Shown: positions 33,401 through 51,711 of the stretch, in pieces
Numbering within the stretch: position 1 is the first letter of the stretch
How the letters are laid out: each line of letters starts with the position of its first letter
Notes under the pieces: generated by a model
The model's database searches: none
Told to the model about the DNA's origin: nothing
Seen by the model: the letters and a program-made list of their open reading frames with translations, nothing else
Made by a program: the position numbers and the translations under genes
DNA from: Eledone cirrhosa
Taxonomy: Eukaryota
DNA length: 64,000 bases
Assembly (NCBI GenBank): GCA_964016885.1
Contig: OZ024740.1
Span: 188,356,001-188,420,000, forward strand
Direction: 5' to 3'

Positions 33401-33620
33401 GCTATTTCAGCAGATCTACCTCTGAGAGTGCCAACATTAAGTGTTGCAACTCTGAGATGCGACGTCTTCCTATTTTGTTGTTGTGCCTATGCTGTTTTGT
33501 TGCTGTGCTGATAAGCTTTTTGGCATTGATACACTGGTTGGATGCCCTTCCTAACACCAGCGCGACTTTACAGCATGGACTGGGTGCTTTTATTTGTGCC
33601 ACCAGCACTAGGGAGGATGT
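30465..33620 (-). mobile_element. Near-full-length inactivated RTE-clade LINE (APE-RT with PHD-like insertion)
   Basis: APE motifs (NVGTL, CVQE, SVYAPQ, GDFNGHVG, SQIDFLL, QHRLV), RT motifs (YRG, QFGF, FVDLEKAFD, GVHQGSVLSP, YADD, FRYLG), C-terminus GRGRPRKTW...KRT* with stop at 30485, then a (GAT)n tail. Premature stops at 32765, 31270 and 30668; frameshifts near 33080 and 30972; apparent deletion near 32585. The 5'UTR may extend to about 33865. Confidence 0.95.
31270..32586 (-). pseudogene. RTE reverse transcriptase ORF fragment (438 aa)
   Basis: Provided ORF translation has the non-LTR RT motifs up to YADD and LNLAKTK. Confidence 0.95.
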
Positions 33621-33981
33621 CTTACTAGACTCAAGAGCCCTCTCTACCCCTCCATTTTACAGCATGGTCATTAAAAAAAACCCAAAAAACTTATTGACAC
33701 GACGCACACACAAACAGTCACACACCAATACTCATGCATACAAACCACAACCACACACACGCCACACATACCAACACTCATTCATGCATACAATCACACA
33801 CACCACTCACAAACACATATATATACATATATTACCGACAGTACTGATACAAAATCAAAATCGTCATATATATATATGTATATAAATATATATCGTCATA
33901 TATATATATGTATATAAATATATATATGTATATAAATATATATATGTATATAAATATATATATGTATATAAATATATACAC

Positions 33982-34031
<50 letters not shown>

Positions 34032-34056
34032 CTAAATATATATATATATGTATATA

Positions 34057-34129
<73 letters not shown>

Positions 34130-34203
34130 GTATATATATATGTATATATATGTATATATATATGTATATATATATATGTATATATATATATGTATATATA
34201 TAT

Positions 34204-34252
<49 letters not shown>

Positions 34253-34282
34253 CATATATATATATATACATATATATATAAC

Positions 34283-34339
<57 letters not shown>

Positions 34340-34365
34340 CATATATATATAACATATATATATAC

Positions 34366-34422
<57 letters not shown>

Positions 34423-34448
34423 CATATATATATAACATATATATATAC

Positions 34449-34480
<32 letters not shown>

Positions 34481-34634
34481 TAACATATATATATATACAT
34501 ATATATATATATACACATATATATATACATATATATACATATATATATATATACATAGAAAATAAATCATTATCGCAATCCCCTTCCCTATATATATGTA
34601 TATTTATATATATATATATGTATATATGTATATA

Positions 34635-34671
<37 letters not shown>

Positions 34672-34672
34672 T

Positions 34673-36190
34673 TATTAAAATAACAGATTAAAGTTTAAGT
34701 AAAGAATAGCTGCTTTCACCCTTAACGGGATCTTCTGAAACTAACAAAGTCAAACTGTAAACGCAGAACTGGATATTTCAAAAAACGTTGTTTCGTTACC
34801 CTCTTAGAAGGAATATGACGTCACTTTCAGCTGATATCTGGAGTCTAAAAGACAACCACACCCAATATAAGTTACACTGGGAGATCCTAGCTAGGGCTAG
34901 ATCGTATAACGGAAATAAAAGACCCTGTGACCTCTGCGCCGTTGAGGCCCTGGAAATACTCTACGCAACAGACCACATCCTTAACAAAAAATCTGAGGCA
35001 ATTTCGGCTTGTAAACATAAATTGCACAAAACTTTCCTGTATTACAGCCCCACGTTATACCCTAACGGATAGTACGATCTATACGTGGATACTTTACGTC
35101 TTGAAGTGGGAGCTAAGTATATGTTTTGTTTATACCTTTACTTATTTGCATATGTAAGTATATATTACCCGTATGTTTTGGTATGTATGGTACGTATACC
35201 TTTGGTATGTTTGGTACGTATACCTTCTCGTACGTATATTGGATTGGTATGGCGTATAATTTCATATATTCTGGTACATATGGTTCGGCTATGTGTATAC
35301 GGGAGTTTTGCGTCTGTGTGAGTATGCTGGTTCGTAAGTATAGCGGGTGTGTATATATGTGTGCTTCATGTTTTGGTTGACTTACGTCTCCGAACATTCG
35401 TGTGTTTATATGAAGGTATGTGTGTGCGCTTGTTATATACGTATTTATTTATTTATATACGTTTATATAATTATTTATTTATTTGTATACACGCATACAC
35501 ACACACACATATTTATATGTGCGGGGTTTTGTATATCTATGGTAAGTTTTTGCGTATGCTGGTGTATGTACGTATTTGTTTGCGTGTATGTATTTATTTA
35601 TTTCTATTACCTCTGTACTGTTTTTATTTACTTTGTTCTTAACTCTGTAGCGGTGATTCATTTGGTCTCCTTGTTAGAATTTTAGTCTACGACTTCTGCT
35701 ATACCATTTACGTGGTTTTGTCTTTGCGTGCTATTGTTCTCAACGCTCCACATATGACGTATTATCTTCCTTTTTTCGTTCATTGCCAGAGAACGTCTCT
35801 TTGCACCAACTAAGAGAACATTAGTCTACGACTTCTTTTATACCATAAACGTGGTTCTGTCTTTGCGCGTAATTGTTTTTCACCGCTCCTATTAATGACG
35901 TATTATATTCGTTTTTTTCCCGTTTTTTGCCAGCGAACGTTTCCACGAACCAAAGTATCGTCTTCCTGTCTTCCTCCGGTTGCAACGTTTTTTGAAATAT
36001 CCAGTTCTGCGTTTACAGATTGACTTTGTTAGTTTCAGAAGATCCCGTTAAGTGTGAAAGCAGCGATTCTTTGCTTAAACTTTAATCTGTTATTTTAATA
36101 CATATTTGCTCTACGGTTCTTATATATTTGATATATATTTATCCTTATCGAGCCCTCTTTGGATTTTAGTCTTCAAATTTATTATTATTA
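34673..36190 (+). mobile_element. 5'-truncated Penelope-like element (PLE-2) with 118 bp inverted pseudo-LTR
   Basis: ORF 34788-35072 (TSLSADIWSLKD...YKLHWEILARARSY...CDLC..EALEIL...LNKKSEAISACKH) resembles a PLE GIY-YIG C-terminus with Zn ligands; inverted repeat 34673-34790 vs 35983-36100; diverged ~140 bp tandem duplication at 35682-35945. Confidence 0.8.
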
Positions 36191-36195
36191 CTATA

Positions 36196-36262
<67 letters not shown>

Positions 36263-36382
36263 TTATATATATATGTATATATATATATATGTATATATAT
36301 GTATATGTATATATATGTATATATCTATATATATGTATATATTTATGTATATATATATATGCATATATATATATATGTATAA

Positions 36383-36438
<56 letters not shown>

Positions 36439-36461
36439 GTATATATATATGTATATATATG

Positions 36462-36500
<39 letters not shown>

Positions 36501-36567
36501 GTATATATATGTATATATGTATATATATGTATATATGTATATATATATATATATATGTTTATATATG

Positions 36568-36747
36568 TATCTATCTATCTAAGGCGGGTAAAATTCCCGA
36601 GATCCATGGACGAGTTCGCTCCAGCGGTCTCTATCCCTCATTATCGCTGCCATATCCTTTGGGAGCCCCTACATGGACACACTAGAAGAGGAAGACCAAG
36701 GTTAACATATGCTGATGCCCTAAGGACAGACACTGGTCTGTTAGAAA
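36568..36747 (-). mobile_element. Short RTE-type LINE insertion with 5' inversion, (TAGA)n tail
   Basis: Minus 36650-36579 reads [23 protein letters not shown] then TAGATAGA; plus 36651-36747 reads [32 protein letters not shown], the upstream part of the same kind of C-terminus. Confidence 0.75.
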
Positions 36748-36763
36748 TATATGTATATATATG

Positions 36764-36794
<31 letters not shown>

Positions 36795-36844
36795 GTATAT
36801 ATATATATATATATATGTAAATATATGTATATATGTAACATATG

Positions 36845-36877
<33 letters not shown>

Positions 36878-36997
36878 GTATATATATATGTATATATATA
36901 TGTATATATATATGTATATATATGTATATATATATGTATATATATATGTATATATATATATGTATATATATATGTATATATATATATATATATATGC

Positions 36998-37029
<32 letters not shown>

Positions 37030-37042
37030 GTATATATATATG

Positions 37043-37073
<31 letters not shown>

Positions 37074-37084
37074 GTATATATATG

Positions 37085-37161
<77 letters not shown>

Positions 37162-37168
37162 GTATATT

Positions 37169-37277
37169 TATTAAAATAACAGATTAAAGTTTAAGCAAAG
37201 ACTCGCTGCTTTCACCCTTAACGGGATCTTCTGAAACTAACAAAGTCAATCTGTAAACGCAGAACTGGATATTTCAA
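37169..37277. mobile_element. Solo copy of PLE-2 pseudo-LTR segment
   Basis: Near-identical to 34673-34781 (direct) and 35992-36100 (inverted); flanked by TA on both sides. Confidence 0.9.
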
Positions 37278-37284
37278 TTATATG

Positions 37285-37315
<31 letters not shown>

Positions 37316-37404
37316 GTATATATATATATATATGTGTATATATGTATATATATGTATATATATATATATGTATATATATGTTTATATATATATGTATATA
37401 TATG

Positions 37405-37435
<31 letters not shown>

Positions 37436-37502
37436 GTATATATATATATATGTATATATATATATGTATATATATGTATATATAAATATATGTATATATA
37501 TG

Positions 37503-37551
<49 letters not shown>

Positions 37552-37559
37552 GTATATAA

Positions 37560-37591
<32 letters not shown>

Positions 37592-37637
37592 GTATATAAA
37601 TATATATATATATATGTATATATATATATGTATATAA

Positions 37638-37695
<58 letters not shown>

Positions 37696-37762
37696 GTATA
37701 TATATATGTATATATATATATATGTATATATATATATGTATATATATATGTATATATATATG

Positions 37763-37795
<33 letters not shown>

Positions 37796-37799
37796 GTAA

Positions 37800-37869
<70 letters not shown>

Positions 37870-37990
37870 GTATATATATATGTATATATATATATGTATA
37901 TATGTATATATATATATGTATATATGTATATATATATATATGTATATATATATATGTATATATATATATGTATATATATATATGTATATA

Positions 37991-38037
<47 letters not shown>

Positions 38038-38093
38038 GTATATATATATGTATATATATATATGTATATATATATGTATATATATTTATATAC

Positions 38094-38177
<84 letters not shown>

Positions 38178-38204
38178 ATACATATATATATATACATATA
38201 TATA

Positions 38205-38417
<213 letters not shown>

Positions 38418-38608
38418 ATACATATATATATATACATATATATATACATACATATATACATATATATATACATATATATATATAGTATATAAGGGAGAGG
38501 ATCAGGAGTGTGTAACACTCCACTTATCCAATAGGCAGTATATGTATATATATATGTATATACATATATATGAATATATATATATATATGAATATATATA
38601 TATATCGA

Positions 38609-38815
<207 letters not shown>

Positions 38816-38822
38816 TATATAC

Positions 38823-38853
<31 letters not shown>

Positions 38854-38902
38854 CATATATATATACATATATATACATATATATATATACATATATATAT
38901 AC

Positions 38903-38933
<31 letters not shown>

Positions 38934-38973
38934 CATATATATATACATATATATACATATATATATATATACC

Positions 38974-39444
<471 letters not shown>

Positions 39445-39526
39445 TATATATATATATATGTATATGTATATATGTATATATATATGTATATACATATATA
39501 TGAATATATATATATATGAAAATATA

Positions 39527-39560
<34 letters not shown>

Positions 39561-39571
39561 CATATATATAC

Positions 39572-39697
<126 letters not shown>

Positions 39698-39735
39698 GTA
39701 TATACATATATATATATATATATATATACATATAA

Positions 39736-39766
<31 letters not shown>

Positions 39767-39805
39767 CATATATATATACATATATATATATACATATATA
39801 TATAC

Positions 39806-39838
<33 letters not shown>

Positions 39839-39955
39839 CATATATATATACATATATATATATATATACATATATATATACATATATATATATACATATA
39901 TACATATATATATATATACATATATATATACATATATATATATATACATATATAC

Positions 39956-39986
<31 letters not shown>

Positions 39987-40097
39987 CATATATATATACA
40001 TATATATATACATATATATATCTATATACATATATATATATATATATATACATATATATATACATATATATACATATATATCTATATACATATATAT

Positions 40098-40620
40098 ATA
40101 AAATATTAAACAAATAATGAATAAACAATGAAAACAGTTCCTTATATTAAACAAAAAAAAAAAAAAAAAAAAAAAAAAGTTCATTATTTAACGATCGTTT
40201 CTAGGATATATATGTGTTAGAATTGGTATGCATATTCAACAGATCTATGTACAAAATTATACAAAATTATACAAACTATCAAGATTAAATATACATACCA
40301 ACACATATATACGCCGTCTTCAGAAATAATGAAATATATTTATTGATAATAACAACAATTCAAAATTTCAGGTCCGTTTGGGAACAAAATTGACCAATGA
40401 AAATACAAAAGGTTTAATGCAGGTTTTGTTTAATATAAGGAACTGTTTTCATTGTTGATTCATTATTTGTTTAATATTTTATCTTGACTCTGTATACCGT
40501 TTATCTTTCACCGAAAGTGATTTTTCATTACATCTCTTCTTTCCATGATATCCGGAATACATTGAGTTCTTCATACGGATTGGACACTACCGTAAACTCT
40601 TGGTAGATTTATCTACATAA
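40098..40620 (-). mobile_element. Putative Penelope-like pseudo-LTR remnant (PLE-3)
   Basis: 59 bp inverted repeat 40098-40156 vs 40424-40482 (1 mismatch) bracketing a hammerhead motif; same layout as PLE-1 and PLE-2; no clear ORF left. Confidence 0.6.
40180..40333 (-). ncRNA. Type I hammerhead ribozyme with long stem II and palindromic stem III
   Basis: Stem I UUCAUUAUUU (40333-40324) pairs with AAAUAAUGAA (40189-40180), 10 bp perfect; CUGAAGA at 40323-40317; GAAA at 40201-40198; palindromic A-CGAUCG-U; GUU cleavage triplet; 115 nt stem II with 10 bp and 14 bp helices. Confidence 0.8.
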
Positions 40621-40623
40621 TAC

Positions 40624-40661
<38 letters not shown>

Positions 40662-40706
40662 GTATATATATATGTATATACATATATATGAATATATATA
40701 TATATG

Positions 40707-40812
<106 letters not shown>

Positions 40813-40822
40813 CATATATATA

Positions 40823-40853
<31 letters not shown>

Positions 40854-40864
40854 CATATATATAC

Positions 40865-40895
<31 letters not shown>

Positions 40896-40990
40896 CATAT
40901 ATATATACATATATATATACATATATATATATATATACATAGATATATACATATATATATACATATATATATATATACATATATATATAC

Positions 40991-41037
<47 letters not shown>

Positions 41038-41095
41038 CATATATACATATATATATATATACATATATATATACATATATATATCTATATACATA

Positions 41096-41129
<34 letters not shown>

Positions 41130-41157
41130 CATATATATACATATATATCTATATACA

Positions 41158-41191
<34 letters not shown>

Positions 41192-41271
41192 CATATATAT
41201 ACATATATATATATACATATATATATACATATATGTATATATATATACATATATATATTATACATATATAC

Positions 41272-41304
<33 letters not shown>

Positions 41305-41405
41305 CATTATATATATACATATATATATACATATATATATCTATATACATATATATTATATATATACATATATATATACATATATATACATATATATCTA
41401 TATAC

Positions 41406-41441
<36 letters not shown>

Positions 41442-41494
41442 GTATATATATATGTATATACATATATATGAATATATATATATATGAAAATATA

Positions 41495-41588
<94 letters not shown>

Positions 41589-41640
41589 CATATATATAAT
41601 ATATATATATATACATATATATATATTTACATATATATAC

Positions 41641-41673
<33 letters not shown>

Positions 41674-41787
41674 CATATATATATACATATATATATATAT
41701 ATACATATATATAACACATATATATATATACATATATACATATATATATATATACATATATATATACATATATATATATATACATAT

Positions 41788-41820
<33 letters not shown>

Positions 41821-41867
41821 GTATATATATATGTATATATATATTATATACATATATATATATATAT

Positions 41868-42197
<330 letters not shown>

Positions 42198-42218
42198 TCA
42201 TATATATATATATTCATA

Positions 42219-42266
<48 letters not shown>

Positions 42267-42281
42267 TATATATATATATAT

Positions 42282-42374
<93 letters not shown>

Positions 42375-42574
42375 NNNNNNNNNNNNNNNNNNNNNNNNNN
42401 NNNNNNNNNNNNNNNNNNNNNNNNNNNNNNNNNNNNNNNNNNNNNNNNNNNNNNNNNNNNNNNNNNNNNNNNNNNNNNNNNNNNNNNNNNNNNNNNNNNN
42501 NNNNNNNNNNNNNNNNNNNNNNNNNNNNNNNNNNNNNNNNNNNNNNNNNNNNNNNNNNNNNNNNNNNNNNNNNN
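42375..42574. other. Assembly gap (200 N)
   Basis: Run of N inside the TA array. Confidence 1.
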
Positions 42575-42580
42575 TATATA

Positions 42581-42615
<35 letters not shown>

Positions 42616-42722
42616 ATATATACATATATATATAACATATATATATATATATACATATATATATACATATATATATATATACATATATATATACATATAT
42701 ATATACATATATATATCTATAA

Positions 42723-42755
<33 letters not shown>

Positions 42756-42788
42756 TCATATATATACATATATATCTATATACATATA

Positions 42789-42842
<54 letters not shown>

Positions 42843-42981
42843 CATATATATACATATATATATATACATATATATATACATATATATATATATATACATA
42901 TATATATACATATATATATACATATATATATCTATACATATATATATATATATAATATACATATATATATACATATATATC

Positions 42982-43026
<45 letters not shown>

Positions 43027-43054
43027 TATATATATATGTATATACATATATATG

Positions 43055-43162
<108 letters not shown>

Positions 43163-43168
43163 ATATAT

Positions 43169-43295
<127 letters not shown>

Positions 43296-43304
43296 TATAT
43301 ATAA

Positions 43305-43556
<252 letters not shown>

Positions 43557-43560
43557 TATA

Positions 43561-43591
<31 letters not shown>

Positions 43592-43682
43592 CGTATATAT
43601 ACATATATATACATATATATATATATACATATATATATACATATATATATACATATATATATATATATACATATATATATAC

Positions 43683-43749
<67 letters not shown>

Positions 43750-43811
43750 CATATATATATACATATATATATATATACATATATATATACATATATATAT
43801 ATCTATATACA

Positions 43812-43845
<34 letters not shown>

Positions 43846-43974
43846 CATATATATACATATATATCTATATACATATATATATACATATATATATACATAT
43901 ATATATCTATATACATATATATATATATATATATACATATATATATACATATATATACATATATATCTATATAC

Positions 43975-44010
<36 letters not shown>

Positions 44011-44017
44011 GTATATA

Positions 44018-44064
<47 letters not shown>

Positions 44065-44112
44065 GTATATATATATGTATATACATATATATGAATATAT
44101 ATATATATGAAA

Positions 44113-44157
<45 letters not shown>

Positions 44158-44161
44158 CTTA

Positions 44162-44219
<58 letters not shown>

Positions 44220-44229
44220 CATATATATA

Positions 44230-44260
<31 letters not shown>

Positions 44261-44385
44261 CATACATATACATATATATATATATATATACATATATATA
44301 TACATATATATATACATATATATATATATATACATATATATATACATATATATATACATATATATATACATATATATATATATAC

Positions 44386-44448
<63 letters not shown>

Positions 44449-44513
44449 CATATATATATACATATATATATATACATATATATATCTATATACATATATA
44501 TATATCTATATGC

Positions 44514-44551
<38 letters not shown>

Positions 44552-44601
44552 GTATATATATATGTATATACATATATATGAATATATATATATATATGAA
44601 A

Positions 44602-44708
<107 letters not shown>

Positions 44709-44718
44709 CATATATATA

Positions 44719-44749
<31 letters not shown>

Positions 44750-44923
44750 CATATATATAATATATATATATATACATATATATATATACATATATATACA
44801 TATATATACATATATATATATATATATACATATATATATACATATATATATACATATATATATATATACATATATATATACATATATATATACATATATA
44901 TATATATATACATATATATATAC

Positions 44924-44970
<47 letters not shown>

Positions 44971-45028
44971 CATATATATATACATATATATATATACATA
45001 TATATATACATATATATATCTATATACA

Positions 45029-45062
<34 letters not shown>

Positions 45063-45256
45063 CATATATATACATATATATCTATATACATATATATATA
45101 CATATATATATACATATATATATCTATATACATATATATATATCTATATACATATATATATACATATATATATACATATATATATCTATATACATATATA
45201 TATATATATATACATATATATATACATATATATACATATATATCTATATACATATA

Positions 45257-45337
<81 letters not shown>

Positions 45338-45390
45338 GTATATATATATGTATATACATATATATGAATATATATATATATATGAAAAAA

Positions 45391-45458
<68 letters not shown>

Positions 45459-45462
45459 TATA

Positions 45463-45515
<53 letters not shown>

Positions 45516-45528
45516 CATATATATATAC

Positions 45529-45561
<33 letters not shown>

Positions 45562-45637
45562 CATATATATATATACATATATATATATATACATATATAT
45601 ATATACATATATATATACATATATATATCTATATACA

Positions 45638-45671
<34 letters not shown>

Positions 45672-45736
45672 CATATATATACATATATATCTATATACAT
45701 ATATATATATATATATATACATATGTATATATATAC

Positions 45737-45780
<44 letters not shown>

Positions 45781-45872
45781 GTATATATATACATATATAT
45801 ACATATATATATATACATATATATATACATATATGTATATAAATATACATATATATATATATACATATATAC

Positions 45873-45903
<31 letters not shown>

Positions 45904-45995
45904 CATATATATATACATATATATATACATATATATATCTATGTACATATATATATATATATACATATATATATACATATATATACATATATATC

Positions 45996-46040
<45 letters not shown>

Positions 46041-46091
46041 GTATATATATATGTATATACATATATATGAATATATATATATATGAAAATA

Positions 46092-46165
<74 letters not shown>

Positions 46166-46175
46166 CATATATATC

Positions 46176-46213
<38 letters not shown>

Positions 46214-46228
46214 ATATATATGTATATA

Positions 46229-46275
<47 letters not shown>

Positions 46276-46371
46276 GTATATATATATGTATATACATATA
46301 TATGAATATATATATATATGAAAATATATATATATATATATATATAACATATATATATATATATATACTTA

Positions 46372-46441
<70 letters not shown>

Positions 46442-46451
46442 CATATATATA

Positions 46452-46482
<31 letters not shown>

Positions 46483-46591
46483 CATACATATACATATATA
46501 TATATATATATACATATATACATACATATATATATACATATATATATATATATACATATATATATACATATATATATACATATATATATAC

Positions 46592-46622
<31 letters not shown>

Positions 46623-46623
46623 C

Positions 46624-46670
<47 letters not shown>

Positions 46671-46807
46671 CATATATATATACATATATATATATATACA
46701 TATATATATACATATATATATCTATATACATATATATATATATACATATATAAATATATACATATATATACATATATATCTATATACATATATATCTATA
46801 TACATAT

Positions 46808-46841
<34 letters not shown>

Positions 46842-46915
46842 ACATATATATATATATACATATATATATACATATATGTATATAAATATACATATATATA
46901 TATATACATATATAC

Positions 46916-46946
<31 letters not shown>

Positions 46947-47033
46947 CATATATATATACATATATATATCTATATACATATATATATATATATACATATA
47001 TATATACATATATATACATATATATCTATATAC

Positions 47034-47069
<36 letters not shown>

Positions 47070-47122
47070 GTATATATATATGTATATACATATATATGAA
47101 TATATATATATATGAAAATATA

Positions 47123-47159
<37 letters not shown>

Positions 47160-47162
47160 TAC

Positions 47163-47235
<73 letters not shown>

Positions 47236-47245
47236 CATATATATC

Positions 47246-47292
<47 letters not shown>

Positions 47293-47305
47293 GTATATAT
47301 ATATG

Positions 47306-47338
<33 letters not shown>

Positions 47339-47386
47339 GTATATATATATGTATATACATATATATGAATATATATATATATGAAA

Positions 47387-47455
<69 letters not shown>

Positions 47456-47604
47456 CATATATATAATATATATATATAACATATATATATATATACATAC
47501 ATATACATATATATATATATATATACATATATATATACATATATATATACATATATATATATATATACATATATATATACATATATATATACATATATAT
47601 ATAC

Positions 47605-47695
<91 letters not shown>

Positions 47696-47821
47696 CATAT
47701 ATATATATATACATATATATATACATATATATATCTATATACATATATATATATATACATATATAAATATATACATATATATACATATATATCTATATAC
47801 ATATATATCTATATACATATA

Positions 47822-47855
<34 letters not shown>

Positions 47856-47926
47856 CATATATATACATATATATATATATACATATATGTATATATATAT
47901 ACATATATATATATATACATATATAC

Positions 47927-47957
<31 letters not shown>

Positions 47958-48013
47958 CATATATATATACATATATATATACATATATATATCTATATAC
48001 ATATATATATATC

Positions 48014-48060
<47 letters not shown>

Positions 48061-48110
48061 GTATATATATATGTATATACATATATATGAATATATATAT
48101 ATATATGAAA

Positions 48111-48219
<109 letters not shown>

Positions 48220-48229
48220 CATATATATA

Positions 48230-48260
<31 letters not shown>

Positions 48261-48270
48261 CATATATATA

Positions 48271-48301
<31 letters not shown>

Positions 48302-48438
48302 CATATATATACATATATATACATATATATATATATATATACATATATATATACATATATATATACATATATATATATGTATACATATATATATACATAT
48401 ATATATACATATATATATATATATACATATATATATAC

Positions 48439-48485
<47 letters not shown>

Positions 48486-48545
48486 CATATATATATACAT
48501 ATATATATATATACATATATATATACATATATATATCTATATACA

Positions 48546-48579
<34 letters not shown>

Positions 48580-48761
48580 CATATATATACATATATATCT
48601 ATATACATATATATATACATATATATATACATATATATATCTATATACATATATATATATCTATATACATATATATATACATATATATATACATATATAT
48701 ATCTATATACATATATATATATATATATACATATATATATACATATAAATACATATATATC

Positions 48762-48816
<55 letters not shown>

Positions 48817-48869
48817 GTATATATATATGTATATACATATATATGAATATATATATATATATGAAAATA

Positions 48870-48929
<60 letters not shown>

Positions 48930-48939
48930 CATATATATA

Positions 48940-48988
<49 letters not shown>

Positions 48989-48989
48989 C

Positions 48990-49034
<45 letters not shown>

Positions 49035-49035
49035 C

Positions 49036-49082
<47 letters not shown>

Positions 49083-49106
49083 CATATATATATACATATA
49101 TATATC

Positions 49107-49164
<58 letters not shown>

Positions 49165-49229
49165 CATATATATACATATATATCTATATACATATATATA
49201 TATATATATATACATATGTATATATATAC

Positions 49230-49273
<44 letters not shown>

Positions 49274-49367
49274 GTATATATATACATATATATACATATA
49301 TATATATATACATATATATATACATATATGTATATAAATATACATATATATATATATACATATATAC

Positions 49368-49398
<31 letters not shown>

Positions 49399-49497
49399 CA
49401 TATATATATACATATATATATACATATATATATCTATATACATATATATATATATATACATATATATATACATATATATACATATATATCTATATAC

Positions 49498-49533
<36 letters not shown>

Positions 49534-49586
49534 GTATATATATATGTATATACATATATATGAATATATATATATATGAAAATATA

Positions 49587-49740
<154 letters not shown>

Positions 49741-49750
49741 CATATATATA

Positions 49751-49781
<31 letters not shown>

Positions 49782-49803
49782 CATATATATACATATATAT
49801 ACA

Positions 49804-49857
<54 letters not shown>

Positions 49858-49912
49858 CATATATATATACATATATATATACATATATATATATATATAC
49901 ATATATATATAC

Positions 49913-49959
<47 letters not shown>

Positions 49960-50019
49960 CATATATATATACATATATATATATATACATATATATATAC
50001 ATATATATATCTATATACA

Positions 50020-50053
<34 letters not shown>

Positions 50054-50085
50054 CATATATATACATATATATCTATATACATATA

Positions 50086-50119
<34 letters not shown>

Positions 50120-50232
50120 CATATATATACATATATATATATATACATATATATATACATATATGTATATATATATACATATACATATATATACATATAT
50201 ATACATATATATATATATATACATATATATAC

Positions 50233-50382
<150 letters not shown>

Positions 50383-50386
50383 ATAC

Positions 50387-50425
<39 letters not shown>

Positions 50426-51129
50426 CATATATACATACATACATATATACATACATATATATATACATACATATATATATACATACATATATATATACAT
50501 ACATATATATATACATACATATATATATACATATATATAAATATACATATATATAAGGAAGGGGATTGCAATAATGATTTATTTTCTACATTAAAGACAT
50601 TTGCATAATGATTGCTGCCTTTTATATTTTATTTCATTTTACTTCATTTGTTTATCTAATAACTTGTTGTAAATATTCGATTGTCAATAATGTTGATATA
50701 GCTAAGGCAATAACCACTGATATCTAGTTCTCTAGCAGATCACCTAAATTAATGTTGCATAAAGCCCAACTGGTATTCAGATAGATAATTGTTCCAAAAC
50801 TCTATATGCACCAACTATTTTCTATGATATTTTGTGTATTAACTTAGTTCTATCTGATAACAGTAGTAATATGCATACCTGAAATTCCCATGAAGCACTT
50901 CTATACTCCATGCTTGAGTAGCTAAATCAGAAATAAGGAGAGTTGCTATGAATGATATACAGATATAAAGTATAAAATGAGCCATTTCTGTGAATAATAT
51001 ATTTTGTAGGAACCACTATGATAATTTCCTTTGACAGTGTCTCTCTTAATGTATGAGTTATGTTAGGTTTCATAGATCTATTGATCTGTCAAGAATATGT
51101 CTTTGAATCATGTCAACAATTTACTGTTG

Positions 51130-51370
51130 ATATGGCAGTGAATTTGCAGTTGTTAATTGTAGGCCACATACCTTGCAATATTTTTCTGACTTTCTGTGCT
51201 GTGTATTAAAATCCAACTGAAGTTAACTTTGCCTCCCATTCTTGAGAGGTTCATAAAATAAAGTATCAGTTCAATGGAAAAGATTGACAAACCTGTTAGT
51301 GCATTGAGCAAGATGCCTTATGATATTTGTTCCAGCCCTTTGCATTTTGAGTTCAAATCCTGTTGTTGTC
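51130..51370 (+). mobile_element. Two degenerate SINE family A fragments
   Basis: AAATCCAACTGAAGTTAACTTTGCCTCCCATTCTTGAGAGGTTCATAAAATAAAGTATCAG and TTTTGAGTTCAAATCCTG. Confidence 0.5.
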
Positions 51371-51711
51371 TATATAGGTGATAGGTCTAATCCATTGTTT
51401 AGTTTATTACCACTATCAGGCCCTTGGGTGTCTTTAGCAGAGTCTATTTTGCTGCAAACATTGAAACTATGTCACTTGTCCATCTAAGCATTAACAAAAA
51501 AAAAAAGAAAATATCAATAACATTGAATCATTCACAGTTTTGAAAAGTCGATGTTTTAGTTAAGAGATGTTTCTCATACAGATTTCTTTGATTTTAATAC
51601 CTTTTTCTTTATTGGAATATTCTTTTAAAATTTAAATATCAATATATTCATATATTTCTTACCATGCAAATATGAAAGTTTAATTCCCACTATATTACTC
51701 CTAATGGATGG

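Noticed and set aside
35047-35113. Decayed hammerhead in PLE-2 (CCCAC...CTAACGGA...GGATAC...GTC...GTGGG)
   Set aside because: The position is right but both core boxes are mutated; not supportable without a family consensus.
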